Positions 1-9,988 of a stretch of DNA of 64,000 nt are shown here, piece after piece. This DNA comes from Kofleriaceae bacterium. GTDB taxonomy: Bacteria; Myxococcota_A; Polyangia; Haliangiales; Haliangiaceae. A model generated the notes under the pieces. It was not told the origin of the DNA and searched no databases. It saw only the letters and a list, made by a program, of their open reading frames with translations. The number at the start of each line of letters is the position of its first letter. Positions within the stretch are counted from its first letter, which is position 1. The DNA lies in the NCBI GenBank assembly GCA_046597055.1, contig JBKJLC010000013.1:1-64000 (forward strand), written 5' to 3'. The position numbers and the translations under genes were made by a program.

Positions 1-71
1 GACCCGTGCTCGACGGAGATGCCTCTCGTGCGACAGCCCGTACCGTGCGTCCTGTGTCCATCCACCAGTTG

Positions 72-335
72 ACCTGGGCGCAGCCGGTCGCGAAGCGCCG
101 GGTGTCGAAGGGCACCCGGCAGCCCGTCGGAGCGGCGTGCGACTCCTTGCCGCGCTGCCCTTCGACGCGGCGCCTTCGGCGCCGGCGCAGGGCCACCGGG
201 AAAGGGTGAGCGCTTCCGATCACATGGAGAGTCGTGATCAATCCTGAGCGCTGCCAGGCAGACCGTCGAGGTCACGTGCTGCGCCTCGCCGCGCTACCTT
301 CGACACGGCGCTTCGCCCCAGCGCAGGGACACCGC
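72..335. repeat. REP/REPIN-like cluster: four alternately oriented CCTTCGAC...GC(T/G)CAGG palindromic units
   Basis: Units lie at about 72-112 (rev), 158-200 (fwd), 242-271 (rev) and 297-335 (fwd). Bases 158-252 are nearly identical to 42875-42968. Confidence 0.8.
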
Positions 336-424
336 GGGAAAACGAGCGCCTTCGCGCAGCCGTCGTCGCCGGGAGCGGGCCATCCTGCGATCAGGACGAC
401 ACGGCCGCGCGTGCGCGGTGACGG

Positions 425-1513
425 TCACCTCGCGACCAGCGACGCGGCCAGGCGCGCCTGCGCGCGCGCGGCGATCGGCCCGGCCAGCGCCTCGGCCAGC
501 GCCAGGCCGACCTCGGCCAGCCCGCGCGGCGCCAGCCGATCCCACAGCGCGGCGTGGACGAGGATCACCGCGCCGTCATCGCGCACCGCGGCCGCGCCGG
601 GGTCGCCCCAGGCCACTCGCGCGGTGGCGAGCTCGGCGCGCACCGCATCGGCCAGCGGCGCGGCGACCGCGTCGACGATCAGCTCGGCCAGCGCGACCAG
701 CAGCGCGGCCGGCAGCGACTGGCCGACCACCGGGCTGGTCACCGGCGGCAGCGGGGTGAGCCCCGCGCGCAGCTCGCCGGCGCCGGTCAGCTCGGCGAGC
801 CGCGCCCACGGCGCGCCGCCCAGCCAGACCTCGGCGGCCCAGCCCTGGTCGGTGCGCACCAGCCGGCGCACGCCGCCACCGGCCGGGTAGACCTCGGCGC
901 CGATCCACACCCGCTCGAGCTGGTCGCGGAGCTGGGCCACCACGCCGGGACCGACGCGCACCCGCTCGAACGGCGCCGGCACGAAGTCGACCGCGACCGG
1001 CGTCATGCGCGCAGCGGTCGCCCGCGCCAGCGCGTCGGCCGTGAAGGTCGCCTCGTCGCCGAGCGGACGGAACGATTGCCCGAGCGCCTGCCACAGCGCC
1101 GCGGTCGGATACGGGCCCGCGTAGCGGAGGGCGTCGACGCCGGCGCGCTCGGCCAGCAGCGCGATCAGGTTCAGGATCGTGCTGCCGGCGCCGCCGGGGA
1201 GCCGCGCCGGATGCTCGATCGGCGGGATCTGCGTCGGGTGGGCCCAGGTGACCGCGCCCATCGTGGTCCGCCCACCGCCGGCGACCGAGACCGCGTGGGC
1301 CCGGCCGAACAGGAGGTGCGACATGGTGTCGCCCTCGACCGTGACCCGGCCGTCCCCGGCCGGCGGCCATCCGACCTCGAGCCCGACCAGGCCGTCGCCG
1401 TCCCACGCCAGGGTCGCGTGCACGACGCCGCCTCGGTCGATCACCCGGCCGAGGTGCGCACCATCGAGCTCCAGCCGGGTGCCGTGGTCGCGGCGGGTCG
1501 AGCGAGCGGTCAC
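425..1513 (-). CDS. hypothetical protein
   Basis: Protein-like ORF. GTG at 1513 has GGAG upstream, and the longer ORF would overlap pntA. No family recognised. Confidence 0.7.
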   Translation of the reverse strand: MTARSTRRDHGTRLELDGAHLGRVIDRGGVVHATLAWDGDGLVGLEVGWPPAGDGRVTVEGDTMSHLLFGRAHAVSVAGGGRTTMGAVTWAHPTQIPPIEHPARLPGGAGSTILNLIALLAERAGVDALRYAGPYPTAALWQALGQSFRPLGDEATFTADALARATAARMTPVAVDFVPAPFERVRVGPGVVAQLRDQLERVWIGAEVYPAGGGVRRLVRTDQGWAAEVWLGGAPWARLAELTGAGELRAGLTPLPPVTSPVVGQSLPAALLVALAELIVDAVAAPLADAVRAELATARVAWGDPGAAAVRDDGAVILVHAALWDRLAPRGLAEVGLALAEALAGPIAARAQARLAASLVAR

Positions 1514-1688
1514 CGATGACTCCGAGAAGGCGGGCTCACGCGACGGGCGCGCGAGCAGGTTCAGCTGGAATCCGGCGCGGACGCGTGAGGGTCCGTCGCC
1601 GAAAGTGCCCGAACGTAGCATGCGAGCCGGCTTGCGCCGCCGCGGCACCCGCTGGCATGGTCGGGCCCCTCGTTCCGGGAGCACCTTC

Positions 1689-3329
1689 ATGAAGCTAGGC
1701 ATCGTCAAGGAGATCCGACCGGACGAGCGCCGGGTCGCGGCCTCGCCCGCGACCGTGACCCGCTGGGTCAAGGCCGGCTGGCAGGTCGTCGTCGAGAGCG
1801 GCGCGGGTGATGGCTCGAGCTTCCCCGACCGCCTCTACACCGACGCCGGCGCGACCGTCATCGGCGCCGCCGCCGAGGTGTGGGCCACCGCCGACGTGAT
1901 CGTCAAGGTGCGGCCGCCGTCGGAGTCCGAGGCCGACCGCGCGCGCGACGGCCAGACCGTCATCTCGTTCCTGTTCCCGGCCCAAAACCCCGAGCTGCTC
2001 GACCGGCTGGTCGCGCGCAAGGCGACCGCGCTGGCGATCGACTGCATCCCGCGCATCAGCCGCGCCCAGAAGGTCGACGCGCTGTCGTCGATGGCGAACA
2101 TCGCCGGCTACCGCGCGGTGGTCGAGGCCGCGACCCGGTTCGGCAGCTTCTTCACCGGCCAGATGACCGCCGCCGGCAAGGTCCCGCCGGCCAAGGTCCT
2201 CATCATCGGCGCCGGCGTCGCCGGCCTGGCCGCGGTCGCCGCCGCCAAGGCGCTCGGCGCGATCGTCCGCGCCTTCGACGTCCGGCCGTCGGTCGCCGAT
2301 CAGGTCAAGTCGCTCGGCGGCGAGTTCCTGACCGTCCAGATCGCCGAGTCGGGCGAGGGCCAGGGCGGCTACGCGAAGGAGATGAGCCAGGAGTTCATCG
2401 ACGCCGAGATGGCGATGTTCCGGGCCCAGGCCAAGGAGGTGAACATCGTCATCACCACCGCGCTCATCCCGGGTCGGCCGGCGCCCAAGCTGTGGCTGGC
2501 CGACATGGTCCAGCTGATGAAGCCGGGCTCGGTGGTCGTCGACCTCGCCGCCGAGAACGGCGGCAACTGCGAGCTGACCCGGCCGGGCGAGGCGGTCGTC
2601 GTCCACGGCGTGACCATCATCGGCTACACCGACATGGCCAGCCGCATGGGCAACGTCGCCAGCGAGCTGTACGGCACCAACCTCTGGCACCTGCTCGAGG
2701 AGATGGGCGGCGCCACCGGCTTCAAGATCGACCGCGACAACGACATCGTCCGCGGCGCGCTGGTCGCGTACCAGGGCGAGAAGACCTGGCCGCCACCGCC
2801 CCCGAAAAAGGTCGAGCCCGAGGTCAAGCAGTCGCGCGAGGGCGCGCTGCCGTCCACGGTGGCCGAGCGCACCGGGCAGACCGGCAAGGTCGCGGTGGTC
2901 CCGGTCGCGGCCCCGAAGGCTCACGGTCACGGCGCGGCGAGCGCGGCGCCGTCGCGCACGGTCGGCCTGGTGATGTCGGTGCTCGGCCTGATCGCGCTGG
3001 CGGTGTGGCTCGGCCTGCGGTTCGCACGGCCCGACGCCACGGTCGGCGCCGACACCCGCGATCTCATCCAGCACCTCACCGTGTTCGCGATGGCGGTGTT
3101 CGTCGGCTGGCAGGTGGTGTGGAACGTGGCGCCCGCGCTGCACACGCCGCTGATGAGCGTCACCAACGCGATCAGCGGCATCATCGTCGTCGGCGGCATC
3201 CTCGGCGCGCGGGCCGCGCACTTCGACGCGTCGGTCGCGGTCGCGGTCGCCGCTACCCTGTTTGCCACCATCAACATCGCCGGCGGGTTCCTGGTGACCC
3301 GCCGCATGCTCGCGATGTTCAGGAGATAG
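1689..3329 (+). CDS. pntA: NAD(P) transhydrogenase alpha subunit
   Basis: [64 protein letters not shown]. Confidence 0.97.
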   Translation: MKLGIVKEIRPDERRVAASPATVTRWVKAGWQVVVESGAGDGSSFPDRLYTDAGATVIGAAAEVWATADVIVKVRPPSESEADRARDGQTVISFLFPAQNPELLDRLVARKATALAIDCIPRISRAQKVDALSSMANIAGYRAVVEAATRFGSFFTGQMTAAGKVPPAKVLIIGAGVAGLAAVAAAKALGAIVRAFDVRPSVADQVKSLGGEFLTVQIAESGEGQGGYAKEMSQEFIDAEMAMFRAQAKEVNIVITTALIPGRPAPKLWLADMVQLMKPGSVVVDLAAENGGNCELTRPGEAVVVHGVTIIGYTDMASRMGNVASELYGTNLWHLLEEMGGATGFKIDRDNDIVRGALVAYQGEKTWPPPPPKKVEPEVKQSREGALPSTVAERTGQTGKVAVVPVAAPKAHGHGAASAAPSRTVGLVMSVLGLIALAVWLGLRFARPDATVGADTRDLIQHLTVFAMAVFVGWQVVWNVAPALHTPLMSVTNAISGIIVVGGILGARAAHFDASVAVAVAATLFATINIAGGFLVTRRMLAMFRR

Positions 3330-3333
3330 ACCG

Positions 3334-4749
3334 ATGCAACCGGAGTATCTCCAGCCGTACCTCGCGAACTCGCTCGCGGTCGTCGCGTACCTGATCGCCG
3401 CGATCCTCTTCATCCTGTCGCTGCGCGGCCTGTCGAGCCAGGAGACCGCGCGCCGCGGCAACCTCTACGGCATCATCGGCATGGCGATCGCGATCCTCGC
3501 GACCCTCACCCTCAAGGGCCCAGATCCGACCCCGGTGCTGATCGCCTCGATCGGCATCGGCGCCGCGATCGGCTCGGTGCTGGCGGCCCGGGTCGGCATG
3601 ACCCAGATGCCCGAGCTGGTCGCGCTGCTGCACAGCTTCGTCGGCGTCGCCGCGGTGCTGGTCGGCTACTCGCTGCAGCTCGCGGTCAGCAAGGACGGCG
3701 GCACCCTCCCGCTCAAGATGGCGATCGAGGTCTACCTCGACGTCATCATCGGCGCGATCACGACCACCGGGTCGATCCTCGCGTTCCTCAAGCTGCGCGG
3801 CTCGGTGTCGGGCCGCCCGACGCTCTTGCCCGGGCGCCACGCGCTCAACCTGACGATGGTCATCTCGATCCTGGTCCTGGCCGTGCTCTACGCGCGCGGC
3901 GGCCAGACCTGGGCGCTGGCCGCCGGCACCGCGATCGCGTGCGTGCTGGGCGTGCACCTGGTCGCCGGCATCGGCGGCGCCGACATGCCGGTCGTGGTCT
4001 CCATGCTCAACAGCTACTCGGGCTGGACCGCCTCCGCCGCCGGCTTCATGCTCGGGAACGACCTGCTGATCGTCACCGGGGCGCTGGTCGGCAGCTCGGG
4101 CGCGATCCTCTCGTACATCATGTGCCGGGCGATGAACCGCTCGATCTGGAACGTGATCTTTGGCGGGTTCGGCGCCGCGCCGCCGAAGTCGGCGACCGGG
4201 CCGGTCGCGCCCGCCGGCGAGGTGCTCGACATCGATCACGCGACCCTGGCCGACAAGCTGCTCGCGGCCAAGCACGTGATCATCGTCCCCGGCTACGGCA
4301 TGGCGGTCGCGCGCGCCCAGCACGCGGTGCGCGAGCTGACCGAGATCCTGCGCGGACACGGCGTCAACATCCGCTTCGCGATCCATCCGGTCGCGGGCCG
4401 GCTGCCCGGGCACATGAACGTGCTGCTCGCCGAGGCCAGCGTCCCCTACGACATCGTCATGGAGATGGACGAGATCAACGCCGACTTCCCGACCACCGAC
4501 GTGGTGATCGTGATCGGCGCCAACGACATCGTGAACCCGGGCGCCGAGGACGACGCCAGCTCGCCGATCTACGGGATGCCGGTGCTGCAGGTGTGGAAGT
4601 CGAAGCTGGTGGTCGTCAACAAGCGCAGCCGCGCGACCGGCTACGCCGGCGTCGACAACCCGCTGTTCTACAAGCCGGTCACCCGCATGCTGTTCGGGGA
4701 CGCGCGCGACGCGGTCGAGAAGGTCGTGCTCGCGCTGCGCACGCGGTAG
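3334..4749 (+). CDS. pntB: NAD(P) transhydrogenase beta subunit
   Basis: [52 protein letters not shown]; follows pntA. Confidence 0.97.
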   Translation: MQPEYLQPYLANSLAVVAYLIAAILFILSLRGLSSQETARRGNLYGIIGMAIAILATLTLKGPDPTPVLIASIGIGAAIGSVLAARVGMTQMPELVALLHSFVGVAAVLVGYSLQLAVSKDGGTLPLKMAIEVYLDVIIGAITTTGSILAFLKLRGSVSGRPTLLPGRHALNLTMVISILVLAVLYARGGQTWALAAGTAIACVLGVHLVAGIGGADMPVVVSMLNSYSGWTASAAGFMLGNDLLIVTGALVGSSGAILSYIMCRAMNRSIWNVIFGGFGAAPPKSATGPVAPAGEVLDIDHATLADKLLAAKHVIIVPGYGMAVARAQHAVRELTEILRGHGVNIRFAIHPVAGRLPGHMNVLLAEASVPYDIVMEMDEINADFPTTDVVIVIGANDIVNPGAEDDASSPIYGMPVLQVWKSKLVVVNKRSRATGYAGVDNPLFYKPVTRMLFGDARDAVEKVVLALRTR

Positions 4750-5065
4750 CGCGTGCGGGCGCGGCTACCCGCGCTGCATGCACCTGCCGTATGCGTCGAT
4801 GACCACGCCTCCGACTCGGCACGTTGCCCGAGGCGGGGACCGAGCCCCCGACCGAGGGGAACCGAGCCGCCGACCGAAAACGGAGAGACCCGGCAAGCGG
4901 GACCGGCTGGTCCTGCTCACCGGGTGTCCCCTGCGCAGCGAATGTGCCACCGGCCCGGGGGCGGTGCGCGGGAGGCGCCGAAGCGCGCCGGCCCGCACCG
5001 GTGGTGACGATACCTAGGCTAAATGTAAGCGAGTAGTCAGTGCGAAACTGCCGCGCGGAGGTCGG

Positions 5066-5815
5066 TCACCACATGACCGTGTAGCCAACGTTGGCCGACA
5101 CGGCGCTCGACACCTGGAGGTAGGTCGGGCCGGAGACCGTACCGGGGGTGCTGTCGGCGAAGTCGTGGGTGGTGTACTGCCACGAGACCGACGGCGTCAG
5201 GACGCCCGAGCGGCCGACGAGGAAGTTGCCACCGACGCGCGGGGCGATCGCGAGGCCGAGGCCCGGGCCCTTGACCCACGCCGGCCCGATGCCGAGGCCG
5301 GCGAAGCCGAAGGTCGTGCGGTTGAACGGGACGTGATAGGAGGGCTCGGCAAGCAGGCCGAAGCTCGTGCTGTCGATGCTGTTGCCCATCGCGTCCTCGG
5401 TGCTGGCGTACGCCAGGTTGAGGATCGCGGACAGCTCGAGGTTGTCGGCGAGGAACCAGCCCACCGAGGGGGCAACGCTGACCTGGGTGAGGCCGCTGGC
5501 GATGACGAAGCCAGCGGTACCACCAAGCTCGAGGACGCCCGCGCGGCCGTAGCCGATGGCGCCGCCGACGCCGGCCTGCTCGACCAGACCGCCCGAGGGC
5601 AGATCGGGACCGGCAACCTCGGGCTGCGGATCGTTGTCCGACTGCGGCTTGGGCAGGTCGCCGTCGTTCGGCGGCGCGTTGTCGGTGCTGTCAGCGGTGG
5701 CGGGCGCGCCGTCCTGCTGGTTCTCGGTCTCACCGTCCTGGGGAACATTCTGGGCGAACGCAGTGCCACAAAGGGCGGCGGCGAGCGCGGTGGTCGTAAA
5801 GAGGGTGCGAATCAT
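5066..5815 (-). CDS. putative outer-membrane beta-barrel protein
   Basis: Sec signal (AFA-Q), acidic linker, amphipathic beta strands, C-terminal YTVMW; AGGAGA RBS. Confidence 0.75.
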   Translation of the reverse strand: MIRTLFTTTALAAALCGTAFAQNVPQDGETENQQDGAPATADSTDNAPPNDGDLPKPQSDNDPQPEVAGPDLPSGGLVEQAGVGGAIGYGRAGVLELGGTAGFVIASGLTQVSVAPSVGWFLADNLELSAILNLAYASTEDAMGNSIDSTSFGLLAEPSYHVPFNRTTFGFAGLGIGPAWVKGPGLGLAIAPRVGGNFLVGRSGVLTPSVSWQYTTHDFADSTPGTVSGPTYLQVSSAVSANVGYTVMW

Positions 5816-5895
5816 GTGGCGTCTCCTGAGATTGTTAGTGCGAAATAGTGGGACCCGTTGAGGTCCTGAATCCGCGCGGCGTTGACGGATACCAA

Positions 5896-5911
5896 AGCAC
5901 CCCTCGTGCCA
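5896..5911 (-). promoter_or_regulatory. sigma54 -24/-12 promoter (TGGCACGAGGGGTGCT)
   Basis: GG-N10-GC with TGGCACG, about 80 bp upstream of the ATG at 5815. Confidence 0.7.
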
Positions 5912-6282
5912 GGCGGAACTCCGTAAAGAACGGGTGCCCCGATGCGGGAATGAGACCGTTTTGTGAGGCACGGCCGCGCACCGTGCGGCGGGGCACGATG
6001 GTGAAATTCCACCAGGCTAATGCCTACGCCGGGTTCGGAATGATCGTACGCGTCATCCGCGACTCCGCCGTGATCGACGCCGGCAAGCAGGGGCCCCCCG
6101 CATACAGCCAACAATTGCCGTAGACGCTCGATCGAGCGCTGGCGCCCGCACACCTGCCCAGAGAGCACGGCGGCGTGGGTTTCCTGATCATAGCTGCGCG
6201 CCAGAGCACACCGCACGCAGCCGCGGCCTGCGCCGGCGGCCGACGCAGGACGGCGGCGCCAGCCACGGCGCGTGGCCGCCAG

Positions 6283-7359
6283 TCAGGCGCGCGCGGTCGC
6301 GCTGGGGGCAGACGCGCCCGCGGGCCGCTTGCTACGGACGCGGTCGACGGTGCGACTGGTGACGAGCAGGGTGAGCCCGATCGTCGCGTAGATGATGAGG
6401 GTCACCCGGCGCGCGAGCACGACCGTGACACCAAGCAGCGGGGCCTCGCCCAGCGCGCTGAACAACGCCGCATTGCCGCCCTCGGATACGCCCAGGCCCA
6501 TCGGGACCAGGGCGGCCACCAGGGAGATCAGCGTGCCGGCGGTGACCATCGCCCCCATCGTGCCGATCGACGGTGCGTGGTCGACCACGGCGAGGATCAT
6601 CCAGATCGACGTCCAGCCGAGCATGCGCGACAGCACCACCCAGCCGGCCGGAGTCCACCGCTGCCGGCGCGAGCCGCGGCCCTTGAGGTGGTGGTCGATC
6701 TTCGCGAGCTTCGCGCGCCAGGGGCCGACCTTGCGGCGCGGCACCACCCGGAGCCGGGCGAAGAAGTCGATCAGGCTCACCAGCATGCCGCGCCGCACCA
6801 GCACGGTGCCACCGACGAGAAGCAGCGCGCCGACCGCGGAGCCGGTCACCAGCGCCAGCGTCATCCAGCGCGGGAGGTCCAGGGTGAGTGCGCAGATGGG
6901 CGCGCCGATCGTGATCGCGAGCAGCAGCATCCCCAGCGATGCCAGGTTGTAGCGAACCACGGCGGCCACCGCACGGCTGGTCGACGTCCGCTCGAGGAGC
7001 ATGGTCGCCTTGGTCGCCTCGCCCAGGCTGCCGAGCGGGGTCACCGCGTTGATGGCGCGGCCACTCAGCTGCGCGCGCAAGACGTGGCCATAGCCAGGAC
7101 GGCGGCCGCCCTGACCGAGGAAGCCCGACAGCGCGGCGGCGTCGACGCAGGTGATCACCGCCTCGAGGCCGATGATCGCGGCAAACCACCAGCCGACCCG
7201 TCGGAACTGAGCGATCAGCTGACTGGGACCCACGGTCCAGATGGTGATGGTGAGCGCGATGATCGCCAGCACCATCGAGACGAGGGTGAACCAGCGGGTC
7301 CAGCTGGGTGCCGGTTCGTCGTCGTCGTCGGGAATCTGCGCGTGCGGCGCCTGACTCAC
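6283..7359 (-). CDS. lysylphosphatidylglycerol synthase TM-domain (flippase-like) membrane protein
   Basis: Multiple TM helices; INAVTPLGSLGE..K and VPMGLGVSEG motifs. Confidence 0.8.
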   Translation of the reverse strand: MSQAPHAQIPDDDDEPAPSWTRWFTLVSMVLAIIALTITIWTVGPSQLIAQFRRVGWWFAAIIGLEAVITCVDAAALSGFLGQGGRRPGYGHVLRAQLSGRAINAVTPLGSLGEATKATMLLERTSTSRAVAAVVRYNLASLGMLLLAITIGAPICALTLDLPRWMTLALVTGSAVGALLLVGGTVLVRRGMLVSLIDFFARLRVVPRRKVGPWRAKLAKIDHHLKGRGSRRQRWTPAGWVVLSRMLGWTSIWMILAVVDHAPSIGTMGAMVTAGTLISLVAALVPMGLGVSEGGNAALFSALGEAPLLGVTVVLARRVTLIIYATIGLTLLVTSRTVDRVRSKRPAGASAPSATARA

Positions 7360-7874
7360 AGGAGCGCCCCGACCAGGCGGATCATCCCCCACACCACCAG
7401 CACGAGCACGGCAAAGAAGAGCGCGAACGCGCCCACGACGAGCAGCCAGTCGCTGGGGCGGGCCTGGCGGGCCGGCGCCCGATCGGTCAGCAGCGCGAGG
7501 TTCCGGCGGTGCGCCCGGAAGGCGACGTCACCGACGTCGCCCACGAACGGCACCAGCCCGATCGCAGCGTCGAACGCGAGGTTCATGAGCATGCGCGCGA
7601 CCACGATCGGCGCCACGCCCATCCGGAGCGCGACGCCGATCGTGTAGGTGCCCACGACCGCGCCGACCACGTCACCGAGCCCGGGCAGGAAGAACCCCAT
7701 GATCGGGTCCAGGTAGGCGCGATCGAGGAGCCACGACACCGCCCGAACACCCGCCAGAGCTCCATCCTGCTCGGACCGAGCGAGCGCTCCCTCGGCCGGC
7801 CGAGGGCCCTGGGCCGAGGACAGCGCGGGCAGATTCGAGTAAGCGGGGAGCGGCGAGTCAGCCGTGGCGGGCAT
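7356..7874 (-). CDS. DUF4112 family membrane protein
   Basis: LDPIMGFFLPGLGD, ARMLMN..DAAIGLVPFVGDVGDVAFRAHRRN. Confidence 0.88.
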   Translation of the reverse strand: MPATADSPLPAYSNLPALSSAQGPRPAEGALARSEQDGALAGVRAVSWLLDRAYLDPIMGFFLPGLGDVVGAVVGTYTIGVALRMGVAPIVVARMLMNLAFDAAIGLVPFVGDVGDVAFRAHRRNLALLTDRAPARQARPSDWLLVVGAFALFFAVLVLVVWGMIRLVGALL

Positions 7875-7903
7875 GCAGACCTCGTGGCGCGGTCAGGCGC
7901 GCG

Positions 7904-8155
7904 TCACGCGCGTCGGATCGCAAGCCGGTAGACTCCTAGCACAATCAGCGCGCCTACGATGGAGGCGATGATGCCAGGTCCTTCTCCTGCGCGGTCGTAC
8001 CAGCCGACCGCGCTACCGAGCAAGTAAGCAACCACGGAGCCGGCGACGCCGAGCAACATGGTCACGATGATGCCGCCCGGGTCACGCCCCGGCATGAGGA
8101 GCTTGGCGATGGCGCCTGCGATGAGGCCAACAACGAGCGCGATGATGATGCCCAT
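7904..8155 (-). CDS. GlsB/YeaQ/YmgE family stress-response membrane protein
   Basis: GLIAGAIAKLLMPGRDPGGIIVTMLLGVAGS; AGGAGA RBS. Confidence 0.92.
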   Translation of the reverse strand: MGIIIALVVGLIAGAIAKLLMPGRDPGGIIVTMLLGVAGSVVAYLLGSAVGWYDRAGEGPGIIASIVGALIVLGVYRLAIRRA

Positions 8156-8241
8156 GACGAATCTCCTGGTCTGGAAACGTTGATGACGAGCTTCGAGATC
8201 AGAGCCAGCTGCGCCGACGGCGCGAGAACCGATGTTGACGA

Positions 8242-8514
8242 CTACTTGCCGTACTCGCCCTGCAGGCCGCGGGGGTTCACGTCGGCGTCCAGCTCGCTGG
8301 GCTGATCGACGACCCCGGTGCGACCGGCGCCGACCTGTTGGTCGGCTTCGTCGTCCTCGATGATGGTGCCCGGCGGGACCAGCTGCGGGGTCCGCGAGCG
8401 CACCAGCTGGTCGATGTCCGCATCAGGAGCGGGGCGATCGAAGTTCCGGTCGGGTCCAGTACCCGCGTCCTCGGATTCGGACGGCGCTGCTGGCTTGTCG
8501 GTCGGAGTAGGCAT
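8242..8514 (-). CDS. small acidic hypothetical protein
   Basis: 90-aa D/E-rich ORF directly downstream of a sigma54 motif. Confidence 0.6.
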   Translation of the reverse strand: MPTPTDKPAAPSESEDAGTGPDRNFDRPAPDADIDQLVRSRTPQLVPPGTIIEDDEADQQVGAGRTGVVDQPSELDADVNPRGLQGEYGK

Positions 8515-8526
8515 GACCGAGGTAGG

Positions 8527-8542
8527 AGCAAGGTAGGTGCCA
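8527..8542 (-). promoter_or_regulatory. sigma54 promoter (TGGCACCTACCTTGCT)
   Basis: Near-consensus TGGCAC-N5-TTGC. Confidence 0.75.
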
Positions 8543-8564
8543 GCGCAACTGGCTAGAACCCCTG

Positions 8565-9182
8565 TCAGGGCCGGGCGCTGGCGCTCGCTGTGTGCGTGCC
8601 GACCACCACAAGCGCGGCGCGACCGGCCGGCGTCCACTCCGCCTCGAGCGCCTCCCACGTCCGCACCTGCCAGCCCTCGGCGGGATCGATCGTCGCGACC
8701 CTACCGTCGGGATGAAGCCCGACCACGACCTCGAAGTGGCTGCGGCTCCGGCGCCCGTGTGGCCGCACCAGCCCGATCAACACGGGTCGGCCGAGCTGGA
8801 GCTCGTGGGCGAGCACCTCGCGATCAGCGACGATCGCGAACGCGCGCAGGCCGCTGGCGCGGGCGACGTCGCGCAGCGCGCCGAGGCGAGCGCCGCGACC
8901 GCGGTTGGGCGGCAGCGCGCTGGTGATCTGATCCCGCGTGAGCGCGACCTGCCAGCGTCCGGCGACCATCGCGAGGCTGGCCGGGCCGCAGTCGGTGGCG
9001 CCGGCCTGGCGGACCACCGGCGTGGGCACGACCAGCCAGCCAGCCTCGGCCGTGATCGACGTTGGCGCGACGCCGCGCGCCTTGCCGGTGTACGGGTGCG
9101 AGCAGGCGGCGGCCACCAGCCCGAGCACGACGATCAAGCCGAGGCGGCGCGCGACGCCCACTGCGGGCCGAGCCCCGATCAA
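8565..9182 (-). CDS. C39-like cysteine peptidase, predicted lipoprotein
   Basis: Lipobox VAAAC; RQ....DCGPASLAMV, SHFEVVVG, IDPAEG (Q/C/H/D); no ABC transporter domain. Confidence 0.88.
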   Translation of the reverse strand: MIGARPAVGVARRLGLIVVLGLVAAACSHPYTGKARGVAPTSITAEAGWLVVPTPVVRQAGATDCGPASLAMVAGRWQVALTRDQITSALPPNRGRGARLGALRDVARASGLRAFAIVADREVLAHELQLGRPVLIGLVRPHGRRSRSHFEVVVGLHPDGRVATIDPAEGWQVRTWEALEAEWTPAGRAALVVVGTHTASASARP

Positions 9183-9466
9183 ATGATGAGCACCAGCAAG
9201 ATGATGATGACCACCAGCGCGGTGGTCGAGAGGCCGATCACGACGTAGCTACCGCCCTCGAAGTCGGCGGCCTGCGGCGTGGCGCGCTCGGCCTCGGCGT
9301 AGCGGGCGTCGTCATCGGCCGGCGGGGTGTCGGGCGTCACCGCGACCGCCGCGGCGGCCGGGGCGGGTGCCGCGGCGACCGGGGCACGTGCCGTGCCGGG
9401 GGCAGCGAGCGCCGGCGAGGCTGCGAGCGAGAGAGCGAGCAACGAGGCGAGGATCGGGACACGCAT
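9179..9466 (-). CDS. small exported protein with FEGG motif and hydrophobic C-terminus (putative C39 substrate)
   Basis: AGGAGG RBS, Sec signal (PALA-A), ...ADFEGG-SYVVIGLSTTALVVIIILLVLII; its stop overlaps the peptidase TTG start. Confidence 0.8.
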   Translation of the reverse strand: MRVPILASLLALSLAASPALAAPGTARAPVAAAPAPAAAAVAVTPDTPPADDDARYAEAERATPQAADFEGGSYVVIGLSTTALVVIIILLVLII

Positions 9467-9495
9467 GACGGACCTCCTGAGTTCACGTGGGGCGG

Positions 9496-9511
9496 TGCAC
9501 CGCTCGTGCCG
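9496..9511 (-). promoter_or_regulatory. sigma54-like promoter (CGGCACGAGCGGTGCA)
   Basis: GG-N10-GC, 30 bp upstream of the ATG at 9466. Confidence 0.6.
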
Positions 9512-9673
9512 CGAACGCCCGATGAGCCGGTTTGCCTCGACTCCCCCGAGACGGCAGTCTCTGGCAGCGGCAGCCCGACGTTTCGAGTGTGCTGTCCTGC
9601 CACGGCGAGCCGCTGCGCACGCGCGATCGTACGATGGGTCGACTCCCGAGAGCGTATTTCGAACGTTTGCGAC

Positions 9674-9689
9674 TGGCGCTCTCTTTGCT
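9674..9689 (+). promoter_or_regulatory. sigma54-like promoter (TGGCGCTCTCTTTGCT)
   Basis: GG-N10-GC with TTTGC, about 300 bp upstream of the hybrid kinase. Confidence 0.45.
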
Positions 9690-9988
9690 GATACTGCCCC
9701 TCGATTCGATCGCTGGCTCGAGCGCGTCTGAATCCCCCTCTTCCAGTACGACCGAGCCAGGGCGACGGCGGCATGGGCCGCCGTCGTCGTCTTTTCGGGC
9801 TGCGATCCCGCCGCGTCAGCGTCGATGTCGCGCCATGTGCCGCCAGGTGATCCGTCCAGCGCGTCTACCGCGGCTCCGGACTGGTGGCATCGGTTACCGA
9901 CGTCTTCGTACGTGATCTCGCACGCCTCTGCAGCTACGGTTGATCCAGAGGGATACGCCAACGCATGAATCATGGCGCTGCAAGAACA

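Noticed and set aside
6..209. Short ORFs sharing CPSTRRLRRRRRATG (also 42675-42953)
   Set aside because: Translation of the DNA repeat, not a protein family.
1179..1688. N-terminal extension of PntA in the ORF track
   Set aside because: Overlaps the divergent gene; homology starts at Met 1689.
1695..4413. Long minus-strand ORFs over pntAB (and similar shadows throughout)
   Set aside because: Opposite clear genes; no motifs; explained by GC3 bias.
4750..5060. Possible riboswitch or ncRNA after pntB (short ACCGAGCC.CCGACCGA tandem)
   Set aside because: No recognisable family; lies between convergent genes; an Rfam search would be needed.
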